From assembly GCA_964448105.1 (NCBI GenBank), contig CAYUVK010000006.1:8443-72442 (forward strand): 64,000 bases of DNA, read 5' to 3'. The position numbers and the translations under genes were made by a program. Source of the DNA: an uncultured Ignavibacteriaceae bacterium (GTDB taxonomy: Bacteria; Bacteroidota; Ignavibacteria; Ignavibacteriales; Ignavibacteriaceae). Of the stretch, positions 44,829 to 55,057 are shown in pieces (position 1 is the first letter of the stretch; each line of letters begins with the position of its first letter). Below the pieces are notes generated by a model that was not told the origin of the DNA, ran no database searches, and worked only from the letters and a program-made list of their open reading frames with translations.

Positions 44829-45092
44829 TTAATTTTTTTTATGTTCCTCAGAAAGTTCATCCATCAGCCAATGTGTAAGTGTAGATTTTGTAGGCAATTT
44901 TCCGCTAAGTATTACTTTTCCATTTAACACCAATCCAGGTGTGCTCATTATTCCATATTTCATTATTTCTTTATAATCAGTTACTTTTTCAATTTCGGCG
45001 ATTAAGTTATTTTCAACAACAACTTCATTGCATAATTTTTCCAGGTTTTTACAATTGGTACAACCTGAACCTAATATTTTTATATTCAACAT
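44829..45092 (-). CDS. Small thioredoxin-fold protein (redox-active disulfide protein 2 type)
   Basis: 87 aa, with a CxxC in [11 protein letters not shown]. Confidence 0.8.
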   Translation of the reverse strand: MLNIKILGSGCTNCKNLEKLCNEVVVENNLIAEIEKVTDYKEIMKYGIMSTPGLVLNGKVILSGKLPTKSTLTHWLMDELSEEHKKN

Positions 45093-45094
45093 TT

Positions 45095-45514
45095 TTATCT
45101 CCCTAAATTTTCCTGATAAAATTTGTAAAACTCACTTTTTATTTCATCTCTTATTTTTCTAAATACTGAAAGTATTTCTTCCTCAGTTCCAAATGCTTCA
45201 GCCGGATCTTCAAATCCTATATGTAATTGTTTCCCTACCTTACCGAGAAAAACCGGGCAGGTTTCTTTTGCATTGTCGCATACAGTAATTACATAATCAA
45301 AAGATTTATTTAAAAACTGCTCAATGTTTTTTGGAGCTTTTTTGCTTAAATCAATCCCTATCTCTTTCATTACTTTAATTGCTTTGGGATGAACTTGAGA
45401 TGATGGTTTAGTTCCGGCAGAAAAAACTTCAAGGTTAGGATCAAATGATTTAAGAAATCCTTCAGCCATCTGGCTGCGGCATGAATTACCTGTGCAAAGA
45501 ATTAAAACTTTCAA
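45095..45514 (-). CDS. arsC: Thioredoxin-coupled arsenate reductase (LMW-PTP family)
   Basis: P-loop CTGNSCRSQMAEG and a Cys pair CDNAKETC with Cys82/Cys89-type spacing. Confidence 0.88.
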   Translation of the reverse strand: MKVLILCTGNSCRSQMAEGFLKSFDPNLEVFSAGTKPSSQVHPKAIKVMKEIGIDLSKKAPKNIEQFLNKSFDYVITVCDNAKETCPVFLGKVGKQLHIGFEDPAEAFGTEEEILSVFRKIRDEIKSEFYKFYQENLGR

Positions 45515-45563
45515 TTGTGTTTCCTATATTTTGCCAAATATCGAAATGTTTTACAAAAAAATG

Positions 45564-45914
45564 TTACCTGCTGCATACTTCATTTCTATCCACTTTCTGA
45601 ATCTTCTGTTTATCGGAAATAATTAAATTATCATCCGATATCCAGAAATCAAGAGTTGATAGAACAGAAGAAATCCTTTGATCAAAAGGTTTTTGATTAA
45701 TCATATAATTAACCCATTTACCATCCTTTTCCTCAACAATAAATCCCGTATCTCTTAAAATGCTAAGATGTTTGGAAACCGTTGAAGTGGCTAAGTTAAG
45801 AACATCAGTAATTTCACAAACACATAACGATTTTGTCTGCAGCATCTTCAAAATCCTTAACCTGTTAGGATCAGAAAGGGCTTTAAATAATTTTGTGTTT
45901 TCTTTTAAATTCAT
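45564..45914 (-). CDS. arsR: ArsR/SmtB-family metalloregulator
   Basis: LCVCEITDVL metal-binding site followed by the HTH region LATSTVSKHLSILRDTGF. Confidence 0.9.
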   Translation of the reverse strand: MNLKENTKLFKALSDPNRLRILKMLQTKSLCVCEITDVLNLATSTVSKHLSILRDTGFIVEEKDGKWVNYMINQKPFDQRISSVLSTLDFWISDDNLIISDKQKIQKVDRNEVCSR

Positions 45915-45920
45915 TATTTC

Positions 45921-45940
45921 ATTTCGTTATTAAACGAAAT
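45921..45940. promoter_or_regulatory. Inverted repeat just upstream of arsR (candidate ArsR operator)
   Basis: ATTTCGTT-ATTA-AACGAAAT has perfect 8-bp arms. It lies 7-26 bp upstream of the arsR start codon. Confidence 0.35.
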
Positions 45941-46007
45941 ATAATCGGAATTAAATTCAAATTCAAATGCTTGAGCTGAAAAATTTAGGGATATTTATTT
46001 TGAAATA

Positions 46008-47993
46008 TTATTTGAGGTAAACCATTTTCTTACTGTATATTTGACCGTTAAGATTTAAAACGTAAAAATAAATACCGCTGGCCGCTTGTGTACCAAGGTT
46101 TGTGGTTCCATCCCAGGAAGTCCTATTTTCCTTTTTAGGAGTAATACCGCTAAATAATACTTTTACTTTTTCACCAAGACTGTTATAGACTATTAATTTC
46201 GCTTCAGAATTTATTTCCGAGTTAAAAATTATAACTGTCCTATTATTAAACGGATTGGGATAATTTTGAGTCAAAACAAAATTTTGAGGCACATTTATAA
46301 TTTGTTTTACCGTATCTACACCGGTAATTTTAAAATTCCCATAAACAAATGAGTAATTAATATTTACAGGTTCTCTAAAAACATTACCGGTACTATCAGA
46401 ATAAGTAAAATAAAAATCTACTTTTGTTCCGGTTGTAAAAGTAGGCATAACGACATCATATTTTAATTTACCATCATAGTTCAAAGTTAAATGATTTATA
46501 TTCAAATCGGCTTCTGAATAATTAAGAACAACAGAGGAAGGATCTATTCTATCGTGGTCTAAAAATATTTTGTGTAATATATATTCACCATTAACATATT
46601 TAAAATTAGGATACGAAATTGCTCTTGATGCCGATACAAGACCATATCCCCTGTTGCTATCCGGAGTAAAAAAATTATCTGCAGTGGTTAATAATATATC
46701 CCTGGCTTGAACATTTGACAAATACGGCCAGGCAGACAATAATAATGCTGCGGTTCCCGCGGCTAAAGGTGCAGAATAAGAAGTTCCATCGCCTGTATTA
46801 TAGCCGGAAGGATCAAATAGATCGGCATGATAAACATTTACTCCCTGTGCAAGAATATCTGGTTTGATTCTTCCATCGTAGCTGGGGCCACGGCTGCTGA
46901 AATAGGCAACAACATTATTTTTATCGACAGCCCCGACAGCAATAGTATTTATACCATCAGCGGGAGCTATTATATAATGCCATGCTGTATGACCTTCATT
47001 ACCGGCAGAAGTTATTGTAAGTATCCCTCTTTGAAATGCTAACTCTGCAGCTTTTGTAACGATAGTAGTTTTACCGTCCATATCTTTATAAGTATAAGAA
47101 TATGTTGAATCATCGAATTCATTATATCCTAAAGAAGAACTTGTAATATCGACTCCTATAGAATCCATCCATATTAAAGCTCTTGCATAATTATCTTCCT
47201 CTACATGAGTTTCGCTTCTTTCGTCTTCTGTTTTTGCCAGGATATAGCTTGCATTGTAAGCTGGACCGATTATTTCGCCATCTTTATAACCGCCTATTAT
47301 TGAAAAGACTCCTGTTCCATGCGAGTCCTGCTTAGAGATATCGCCTGGTTGATTGGCTGTAACGCTATCATTGAATACAAAATCATATTCCGCAATTACC
47401 TTTCTAGCAGAAAGAGCTTCATGCACTTTCCATCTGAAACCGCTGTCTAGTAAACCAATAACAACACCTTCCCCGCTTAACCCTTTTGATTGAACTTTAG
47501 GAATATCGATAAGATTATCCTGACCGAATGATGGACCATAATTCAAACCATCAATAATAGCATTTTTGTAAAGTGAAGGTTTATTTATTTGGCTCTTGAC
47601 TCTTTTATAAATCAAAATCTTTACCGGTTCCACTTTTTGAACAAAAGAGAATTTTAAAACAGCGTTTTTCTGTTCGTCGCTTAAATATGCGGAAACTGCA
47701 TTAAACCATTTTAATTTATTTTCAATTTTAATTCCGGAATTTGATAATACTTTCAAATAATCTTTGCTAACAGGAATATCTTCATAAGTAATAAAATTAT
47801 TCCCCATACTTTTTCTTCTTCTCTCGATGCTTCTTTCAGATAGTGAATTTATTGCTTCTGTATAAAAAGGTGAAGCTTTATTGAGTATCTCAGTTTTTTG
47901 GATCCCCTTGTCTTTAAAGTAGATTAAATATTTTGTTTGAGAATAAGATATTGTAACAAATATCAATAGAAAAAGAATAACCAATTTTTTCAT
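46008..47993 (-). CDS. Secreted S8 (subtilisin-like) serine peptidase with a T9SS C-terminal sorting domain
   Basis: Catalytic triad contexts GLLDSGF, HGTGVFS and GTSYSAPL. C-terminal domain NYPNPFNNRTVIIF...GIYFYVLNLNGQ. Confidence 0.9.
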   Translation of the reverse strand: MKKLVILFLLIFVTISYSQTKYLIYFKDKGIQKTEILNKASPFYTEAINSLSERSIERRRKSMGNNFITYEDIPVSKDYLKVLSNSGIKIENKLKWFNAVSAYLSDEQKNAVLKFSFVQKVEPVKILIYKRVKSQINKPSLYKNAIIDGLNYGPSFGQDNLIDIPKVQSKGLSGEGVVIGLLDSGFRWKVHEALSARKVIAEYDFVFNDSVTANQPGDISKQDSHGTGVFSIIGGYKDGEIIGPAYNASYILAKTEDERSETHVEEDNYARALIWMDSIGVDITSSSLGYNEFDDSTYSYTYKDMDGKTTIVTKAAELAFQRGILTITSAGNEGHTAWHYIIAPADGINTIAVGAVDKNNVVAYFSSRGPSYDGRIKPDILAQGVNVYHADLFDPSGYNTGDGTSYSAPLAAGTAALLLSAWPYLSNVQARDILLTTADNFFTPDSNRGYGLVSASRAISYPNFKYVNGEYILHKIFLDHDRIDPSSVVLNYSEADLNINHLTLNYDGKLKYDVVMPTFTTGTKVDFYFTYSDSTGNVFREPVNINYSFVYGNFKITGVDTVKQIINVPQNFVLTQNYPNPFNNRTVIIFNSEINSEAKLIVYNSLGEKVKVLFSGITPKKENRTSWDGTTNLGTQAASGIYFYVLNLNGQIYSKKMVYLK

Positions 47994-48082
47994 TTAATTA
48001 TCATAAAAGTTATTTAGTATTTAGTTTAAATATATCTTAAAAAAGAAAGAATAAAAAAAGATAAAAAAATACTCTCTAAAAT

Positions 48083-48994
48083 TTAGTGAACGGTTGTAAA
48101 TAGTCTACTATATCGAATTGAATTAAAAAAATCACCAATGTTAGAAACAGATTTATTCAAATCAATTGACCAATAAATTAAAAAAGCTCTGCCGATAATT
48201 TTGTCTTCCGGCACAAATCCCCAATACCGGCTGTCAAGACTATTGTCCCTGTTATCTCCGAGAACAAAATAATAATCTTTTTTAAATTTGTAATTCCTCA
48301 CAGGTTTATCATTTATTGTTATTACCGTACCTTCAACTCCGACTGCTTTTTTCCCGATTTCCCTGTCAATAATCATCTGCCATTCTTTAATATTTTTTAT
48401 ATTTATATCGATAGTTAATCCTTCATAGGGGATAAAAATTGCTCCGTAATTATCCTTGTTCCAGTTTTTATCCGGAGGAAATATTCCTTTTCCACGTTCT
48501 CCTTCCATAATTATGTCAGAGGAATCTATTAAAGCCGACGGAGGATTTAATATTCTTTTACCATTAATATAGACTTTCTTATCGTATATCTGCAAGAGAT
48601 CTCCAGGTTCCCCGATTACCCTTTTAACATAAGTTTCTCCGTTAGGTGAATTTAATTCATTTATATTTCCTGGAAATTCAAATACAATTACATCGTTTCT
48701 TTCCGGCTTTTCTAGTTTGATTAATTCAATTCTAGAGAGTTCTATATTTAGAATTGGAATTACACGTGGAGTAGATATCGAATAAGCAGCTTTATTAACC
48801 AGGATAAAATCTCCCGGCAGTAAAGTATTTTCCATTGAACCGGTTGGGATTTTATATGCTTCAAGAATAAAACCCCTAATGAGAAGAGCTAATATAAAAG
48901 TTATAAGAAGAGTGAATAAATATTTTTTTAATATACCTCTTTTATTTGAAGCGATAGTTTTATCTTCCGTATTATTATTCTTTTTTAAGAACAA
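48083..48994 (-). CDS. lepB: Signal peptidase I
   Basis: GSMENTL (catalytic Ser), VKRVIG (Lys) and GDNRDNSLDSRYWG. It lies downstream of lepA. Confidence 0.92.
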   Translation of the reverse strand: MFLKKNNNTEDKTIASNKRGILKKYLFTLLITFILALLIRGFILEAYKIPTGSMENTLLPGDFILVNKAAYSISTPRVIPILNIELSRIELIKLEKPERNDVIVFEFPGNINELNSPNGETYVKRVIGEPGDLLQIYDKKVYINGKRILNPPSALIDSSDIIMEGERGKGIFPPDKNWNKDNYGAIFIPYEGLTIDINIKNIKEWQMIIDREIGKKAVGVEGTVITINDKPVRNYKFKKDYYFVLGDNRDNSLDSRYWGFVPEDKIIGRAFLIYWSIDLNKSVSNIGDFFNSIRYSRLFTTVH

Positions 48995-49018
48995 TTTTTA
49001 TCCGGTTTAATAGACTCT

Positions 49019-50812
49019 TTATTCATCAATTTGAAGAACGGCTAGAAAAGCTTCCTGGGGTATTTCAACATTCCCCACCTGTTTCATTCTTTTCTTCCCT
49101 TCTTTTTGTTTTTCAAGAAGCTTTCTTTTACGCGTTATATCGCCGCCGTAACATTTTGCAAGCACATTTTTCCTTAATGCTTTCACTACAGATTTTGAAA
49201 TAACCTTTGTACCAATTGTAGCCTGGATGCTAATTTCAAACATTTGTCTGGGGATTAAATCTTTTAATTTGCTGCAGACTTTCCTTCCCCAATCATAAGC
49301 CTTGTTTTTATGAACAATCATCGATAAAGCATCTACTGGTTCACTGTTTAAAAGAATATCAAGCTTAACCAAATCCGATTCTTTATACCCGATATATTCA
49401 TAATCAAAAGAAGCATACCCGCGCGACATTGATTTAAGTTTATCGTAAAAATCAAAAATTATTTCCGACAGCGGCAATTCATATAGAAGATCTGCACGGG
49501 TTGGATCTAGATAAGATGTATTTTTATAAATACCTCTTTTTTCCATTGAAAGCTGCATTAAATTTCCGACATATTCACTCGGACATACAATCTGTGCTTT
49601 AACATAAGGTTCTTCGATTCGTTCGATATCACCGATTTCAGGCATCAAAGCAGGATTATCGACAATTATTTCTTCACCGTTCTTTCTATAAACGTGATAT
49701 TCAACGTTGGGAAGCGTGGTAATAATAGACTGATTATATTCTCGCAGAAGTCTTTCCTGGACAATTTCCATGTGGAGCAAACCTAAAAAACCGCATCTAA
49801 ATCCGAATCCTAAAGCAGCAGAAGTTTCAGGCAGGTAGCTAAGTGCTGAATCGTTTAGCCGAAATTTTTCCAATGCATCCCGCAGATCTTCAAAGTCTTC
49901 GGAGTTAGTCGGATAAAGTCCGCTGTAAACCATCGGTTTTACTTCTTTATATCCCGGTAAAGCTTTTTCAGCTTCATTATTTTTAAGTGTTACCGTGTCC
50001 CCCACTTTGGCATCATGAACATCTTTAATACCGGCAATTAAATAACCGACATTCCCTGCTGAAAGTTCATCTGCCTTTATTCTTCTTAAACCTAAAATTC
50101 CTATTTCTTCTGCTTCAAATTCTTTATTAATGGCAAAAAATTTTATTTTATCGTTTGTTTGAATTTTTCCGTTAAACAGCCTGATATAAGCAATTGCTCC
50201 CCTGTATGCATCAAAAATTGAATCAAAAATTAATGCTTGAAGCGGTGCATCGGGATCACCGGTTGGTGCAGGAATTCTTTTAACTATGTTTTCAAGAATT
50301 TCTATTATACCAATCTTTGCTTTTGCTGACGCCAAAAGAATTTCATCTTCTTTGCATCCTAATAAATCCATTATTTGCTTTTTAACTTTTTCAACTTCTG
50401 CACTAGGCAAATCAATTTTATTTATAACAGGAATAATTTCAAGTCCTGCATCAAAAGCAAGATATAAATTTGAAATGGTTTGTGCTTCAACTCCTTGCGC
50501 AGCATCGACTACTAGCAGAGCACCTTCGCAAGCTGCAAGTGAACGTGAGACTTCATAAGTAAAATCGACATGCCCGGGTGTATCAATTAAATTTAAAATA
50601 TATTCTATTCCATCATTTGCTTTATACTTCATCTGGATTGCATGTGATTTAATAGTAATACCTCGTTCTCTTTCAAGTTCAAGGTTATCTAAAAGCTGCG
50701 CCTTTGCTTCCCTTACCGATACTGTACCGGTATTTTCCAGCAGGCAATCAGCAATGGTAGATTTCCCGTGATCGATGTGTGCAACAATGCAAAAGTTTCT
50801 AATATTTATCAT
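49019..50812 (-). CDS. lepA: Elongation factor 4
   Basis: [17 protein letters not shown] and NKIDL G-motifs, with a LepA-specific C-terminal region. 597 aa. Confidence 0.97.
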   Translation of the reverse strand: MINIRNFCIVAHIDHGKSTIADCLLENTGTVSVREAKAQLLDNLELERERGITIKSHAIQMKYKANDGIEYILNLIDTPGHVDFTYEVSRSLAACEGALLVVDAAQGVEAQTISNLYLAFDAGLEIIPVINKIDLPSAEVEKVKKQIMDLLGCKEDEILLASAKAKIGIIEILENIVKRIPAPTGDPDAPLQALIFDSIFDAYRGAIAYIRLFNGKIQTNDKIKFFAINKEFEAEEIGILGLRRIKADELSAGNVGYLIAGIKDVHDAKVGDTVTLKNNEAEKALPGYKEVKPMVYSGLYPTNSEDFEDLRDALEKFRLNDSALSYLPETSAALGFGFRCGFLGLLHMEIVQERLLREYNQSIITTLPNVEYHVYRKNGEEIIVDNPALMPEIGDIERIEEPYVKAQIVCPSEYVGNLMQLSMEKRGIYKNTSYLDPTRADLLYELPLSEIIFDFYDKLKSMSRGYASFDYEYIGYKESDLVKLDILLNSEPVDALSMIVHKNKAYDWGRKVCSKLKDLIPRQMFEISIQATIGTKVISKSVVKALRKNVLAKCYGGDITRKRKLLEKQKEGKKRMKQVGNVEIPQEAFLAVLQIDE

Positions 50813-50906
50813 TTATTGTCTTAATATTTAAATAATAAATATACTTACCATAAGAGAATATTAAAAGGGAATAAAAATATGAAAACAAAGAGAAAGGCAA
50901 CGAACT

Positions 50907-50980
50907 ATTTCGAATTTTGGATTTTGAATTTCGAATTTCAAAACAAATCCACAGTCCCCAATCCGAAATCCGAAATTTCA
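50907..50980. repeat. Low-complexity CGAAAT/GGATTT-type imperfect inverted repeat in the lepA / ATP-grasp divergent spacer
   Basis: ATTTCGAATTTTGGATTTTGAATTTCGAATTTC ... CCAATCCGAAATCCGAAATTTC. The halves are approximately reverse-complementary. Confidence 0.4.
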
Positions 50981-51048
50981 CTTCCTCCTTGCATGCAAGT
51001 TGAGATATTAATATTTTTTGAAACAAAATACATAATAAATATTTAGCA

Positions 51049-51966
51049 ATGGAATTTTTCGATTTAGGATTGGCATATGTCTGGGAATATGATGACGGCT
51101 TCCTTGAACTTATTGAAAGAACTCTACAGAGCGCCGGGATTACCACTTTCATTTTATCCTATCATAATTTTCCCGAAATACAGGAAAAAGTTGTTAATAG
51201 AAAATTAGGCTTCAATTTTTATCTTGATAGAGCGTGGGATGTAGATGAAGGTTTTGAAAAGCTCGGGCAAATCATCAATAGAAGAAAAACAATAATATTT
51301 AACCCGTATAAAAAAGTTTTGCATGCAATAGACAAAGCCAGCATGCACCTGGAATTTTTAACTGCCGGATTAAATGTACCTTATTCAATAATAATCCCGC
51401 CGCATAGTGAAATTGAAAACATAGTTATCACTATTGAAGAATTAGAAATTCTTGGAAGGCCTTTTATAATTAAACCTTGCAATACAACCGGCGGCGGTGT
51501 AGGCGTTGTAACAGGTGCCGAATCTCTCAGAGAAGTCCTTGATGAGCGATTAACCAATACAGATGATAAATATATTCTGCAGGAAAAAATTTATCCAAGG
51601 ATGCTGAATGGGAAAAGGGCCTGGTTTCGTTCCTTCTGGGCATTCGGCAAACCAATCCCTGTTTGGTGGGATGACCAGACTCATCTTTATGAAGAACTTA
51701 AACCAGAAGAAATTGAAATTTACGGGCTGAGAAAACTATTTAATATAACCAGACAAATTGCAAGAATTACCGGGCTTGATTTTTTCTCTACGGAAATAGT
51801 CCTTACTAATGATGATAGATTTATTGTTATAGATTATGTAAATGATCAATGTGATATGAGACTGAAATCTAAACATATGGACGGGGTTCCTGATTCGGTT
51901 GGTTATCAAATAGTAAAAAGTATGTTAAGAACTATCTTACGCGAAAAGAAAAAAGCTAAAATTTAA
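51049..51966 (+). CDS. ATP-grasp domain protein
   Basis: GRPFIIKPCNTTGGGVGVVTG (P-loop-like ATP-grasp segment) and ...ILQEKIYP...FFSTEIVL. Confidence 0.7.
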   Translation: MEFFDLGLAYVWEYDDGFLELIERTLQSAGITTFILSYHNFPEIQEKVVNRKLGFNFYLDRAWDVDEGFEKLGQIINRRKTIIFNPYKKVLHAIDKASMHLEFLTAGLNVPYSIIIPPHSEIENIVITIEELEILGRPFIIKPCNTTGGGVGVVTGAESLREVLDERLTNTDDKYILQEKIYPRMLNGKRAWFRSFWAFGKPIPVWWDDQTHLYEELKPEEIEIYGLRKLFNITRQIARITGLDFFSTEIVLTNDDRFIVIDYVNDQCDMRLKSKHMDGVPDSVGYQIVKSMLRTILREKKKAKI

Positions 51967-52054
51967 ACTATGTATTTTTTTCTATTTTATCGGAACTTGA
52001 AAAAATCGGTTGTTGAAGGATCCTTTTTTAGTAATTAAATACTATAACAATTAA

Positions 52055-52438
52055 ATGAGGAGAACCACTATTTATTTCATTGCCGGATCCTTAATAATTT
52101 TAGTTGTTATATTTTCATATCTATATATTTTCAACATTTATGAAATCACTTATTCGGTAAATCCTTCTTCGCTATACTCTGATAATGAATCAATGGTTAT
52201 TGTTACTTCCGATCCTATAAATGCTTTCGGGTGGAAAATACCTTTTAGAAATGCTTATGCCGAGTTTAATATAAAGGAAGGAAAAGATTTGATTGATATT
52301 TTATCCGAAGACAATAAGAAAGGGATTTTAAAGTTAAAAGTAAAAAACAAAACCGGTACAGTTGTTGTTTATATTAAATCGAAATATGCACTGCTTCCCT
52401 CTGAAGTTGTAATTCATATTTATCCGAATGTAGCTTGA
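52055..52438 (+). CDS. Membrane-anchored hypothetical protein
   Basis: N-terminal TM helix. No recognisable motifs. Confidence 0.45.
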   Translation: MRRTTIYFIAGSLIILVVIFSYLYIFNIYEITYSVNPSSLYSDNESMVIVTSDPINAFGWKIPFRNAYAEFNIKEGKDLIDILSEDNKKGILKLKVKNKTGTVVVYIKSKYALLPSEVVIHIYPNVA

Positions 52439-52553
52439 AATACCTCCGAACAAAAGAATGGAGTAACGAACTTTTAGTAAAACTCTTTTAATAAATATGA
52501 CATATTAAATAATTATTGTTATTTTTGTTTTAGTGAATTCATTATGAAATTTT

Positions 52554-53333
52554 ATGATAAGAATTAAAACTCTACTTCCCTTCATATTGTTTTTTTCCAC
52601 TTCAATTAATTTGGCACAGGGAACTGCCGGAGATAATGCAAAATATGAATACAGGTATTTAATCGATATGCCTACTGCTGGAATTTTAGAAAAAGGTTAT
52701 GTCGGCTTTACAAATGATGTTCTCCCGGATGGTGTTTTAATCTCAAAGCTTGAAGTTGGTGCATTTGATAATGTTAGCTTTGGAATATCATATGGCGGAG
52801 CAAACGTAATTGGCGCAGGAACTCCAAGATGGTATAAATTACCAGGTGTAAATATTCGTTTTAGATTATTTAATGAATCTATCGCTCTCCCTGCAATAAC
52901 TTTGGGATTCGATTCTCAAGGGAAAGGAGAATATTTCGATTCTCTTGGAAGATATGCCGTAAAATCTCCCGGTTTTTTCGGTGCCGTTAGCAAAAACTTT
53001 GCTTTTTTAGGTTATTTAAGTATACACGGCTGTGCCAACTATTCATTAGAAACAAAAGATGGCGATAATTTTATTGATTTGTATGCCGGATTTGAAAAAA
53101 CATTGGGACCTCATTTTTCTATAATTGGAGAATATAATTTTGCTTTTAATGATAATGCAGCAAAAAGCTTTGGAAACGGAAATGGATATCTGAATATGGG
53201 TTTAAGATGGTCCTTAGGGGATGGATTTACTTTTGGTTTTGATTTAAGAGATTTGCTGGATAATAAGAAAATAAATCCAACTGTTGCAGATAGAGCAATT
53301 AGAATTGAGTATATTAAAAATATTTTCAAATAA
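52554..53333 (+). CDS. Exported hypothetical protein, probably a small outer-membrane beta-barrel
   Basis: Signal peptide, alternating aromatic/Gly-rich strands, and a terminus close to the OMP type. Confidence 0.5.
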   Translation: MIRIKTLLPFILFFSTSINLAQGTAGDNAKYEYRYLIDMPTAGILEKGYVGFTNDVLPDGVLISKLEVGAFDNVSFGISYGGANVIGAGTPRWYKLPGVNIRFRLFNESIALPAITLGFDSQGKGEYFDSLGRYAVKSPGFFGAVSKNFAFLGYLSIHGCANYSLETKDGDNFIDLYAGFEKTLGPHFSIIGEYNFAFNDNAAKSFGNGNGYLNMGLRWSLGDGFTFGFDLRDLLDNKKINPTVADRAIRIEYIKNIFK

Positions 53334-53506
53334 ATGCGTTTTTTAGCTTTTCCATCCTTGTATTCAAACCTATACAAATAAGTTCACTATTTTATACAAA
53401 ATAAGTGGTGATTCACTATACTTATTAATAAATGAGATTAATTTCACACTTTCATTAGGAACGATTTTTGCCAATATTTGTAAAAGTATTCTTGTGGAGG
53501 TTAGAA

Positions 53507-54505
53507 ATGAAATTCTATAAATTTTATATATTCTTAGTAGTTCTGGTTTCGGCGGTTTTCTTAGGCGGCTGTTACACACAAGTCGCAATGAGAGAATACC
53601 CGAACAGGGATTACAATCATGATTATAATAATAATTATAACTACGATGATTCGACTTATTCTGACGATTCATCCTATTATGATGACTCTACTTATTACGG
53701 GAATGATTATTACGATAATACCCCTTCAATAAATAATTACTATTATGGATTCGGATATCCATATGGACATAGATACTACTGGAATTATTACCCATCCTAT
53801 TCATTTGGTATTACTTTTGGAAGTTATTATGATCCTTTCTACTGGGATCCATGGGAATGGTGCTACACCCCTTATACATGGAATTCATGGTGGTATTCAC
53901 CCTATGGTATTTATTATCCATACTATTATTCCCCGTATTCTTATGGTGGTTATTATGGGGGATATTATGGAGGACACCACAGTTATTATGGCGGAGGTAA
54001 ATATTATAAAGAAAGAACACGCGGTTCTTCTACTGTAAGAAATAATATAGGCTTAAGAAATAATGATCGTGGTCGTGTGCTCACTTCAGGAAGCAGAAAC
54101 GGCAGCAGATTAGAAAAAAGTAATTCAGGAAATCGAACAAGAAATACTAATATTAACAGACCTTCAAGAACCAATTCCACAAATACTAACAGAGAATACA
54201 GAAGAGAAAGAGTTACTAGGGAAAACCGCTCGCATTCGGTACAAAGAAATAACACTAATAGAAGAAATGAAAGTAATGTAAGAAGGAGTTCCGGCGAAAG
54301 AAGATCAAGGGAATCAAGCTCATACCAGCCAAGATCAAGAAGCGGTAACAATAATTCATATCATCCGCCACAGCGGTCATATTCCCCGCCGCGAAGTTCA
54401 TCTCCGCCTTCAAGGTCTTATTCGCCTCCCAGCAGATCATCTTCACCAAGAGGCAGTGATGGCGGTGGAAGAAGCAGCGGCGGATCTTCCGGTAGAAGAA
54501 GATAA
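53507..54505 (+). CDS. Lipoprotein with an extreme Tyr/Asp/Trp-rich half and an Arg/Ser/Asn/Pro-rich half
   Basis: Lipobox FLGGC. Roughly 45 Tyr in the first ~165 mature residues (hand count). The tail contains SYSPPRSSSPPSRSYSPPSRSSSPRG...GRRR. I prefer the ATG at 53507, after GGAGG. Confidence 0.7.
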   Translation: MKFYKFYIFLVVLVSAVFLGGCYTQVAMREYPNRDYNHDYNNNYNYDDSTYSDDSSYYDDSTYYGNDYYDNTPSINNYYYGFGYPYGHRYYWNYYPSYSFGITFGSYYDPFYWDPWEWCYTPYTWNSWWYSPYGIYYPYYYSPYSYGGYYGGYYGGHHSYYGGGKYYKERTRGSSTVRNNIGLRNNDRGRVLTSGSRNGSRLEKSNSGNRTRNTNINRPSRTNSTNTNREYRRERVTRENRSHSVQRNNTNRRNESNVRRSSGERRSRESSSYQPRSRSGNNNSYHPPQRSYSPPRSSSPPSRSYSPPSRSSSPRGSDGGGRSSGGSSGRRR

Positions 54506-54520
54506 TGGAGATAACACAAA

Positions 54521-55057
54521 ATGAAAAAAAATATATTAAAATTAATTTTAATAATAACAGTGGTAATTTCTTTCGGCGGCTGTTATACAATCTTATGGTC
54601 GCCTGATGAACAATTACCATCTGGAAATAATAGTTCTGAAAATTCTGAAAACATTGATCAAATCTATTATTCCGAACCTTTTTATGGTGATTACAATTAT
54701 TATTATGGTCATCCATGGTGGATAACCAGACATCCAATGTATTTGCCTCCAACTCAAAATGAAAATGTAGATAAAGGTAACGGTGTAAATACAATCAGAG
54801 ATAACAACACTATTAGAAACAATAACGGCACAAGAAACACAACGGATAATAATAGGCCGATAATTAATACCGGGCCTCCGGTAAAAAGCAGCAGTAACAA
54901 TAACAATGACAGCTCCGGCTCAGTATCCAAAACAAGTTCAAATAATAACAACAATTCGGGTGAAAAAACAAGAGCATCCGAGGGTTCAAGAACAAATGAT
55001 GATAATTCCGCTCGAAATAATAACGGAAGCAGAAATTCAGGAAACGGGAGGAAATGA
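54521..55057 (+). CDS. Paralogous low-complexity lipoprotein (Tyr-rich patch, then Asn/Ser/Arg-rich tail)
   Basis: Lipobox SFGGC followed by CYT, as in the upstream gene. It contains YYSEPFYGDYNYYYGHPWW, then an N/S/R-rich tail. Confidence 0.7.
   Translation: MKKNILKLILIITVVISFGGCYTILWSPDEQLPSGNNSSENSENIDQIYYSEPFYGDYNYYYGHPWWITRHPMYLPPTQNENVDKGNGVNTIRDNNTIRNNNGTRNTTDNNRPIINTGPPVKSSSNNNNDSSGSVSKTSSNNNNNSGEKTRASEGSRTNDDNSARNNNGSRNSGNGRK

Noticed and set aside
50799-51152. 117-aa minus-strand ORF overlapping the lepA start and the ATP-grasp start.
   Set aside because: It spans the divergent intergenic region and the simple-sequence element, and it overlaps two well-supported genes. It is spurious.
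53745-54954. Several ORFs on both strands (53745-54038, 53811-54020, 54004-54351, 54255-54794, 54754-54954).
   Set aside because: These are alternative-frame and antisense readings of the low-complexity Tyr-rich and Arg/Ser-rich coding repeats. The lipobox-bearing frames are the only ones with start-site support.
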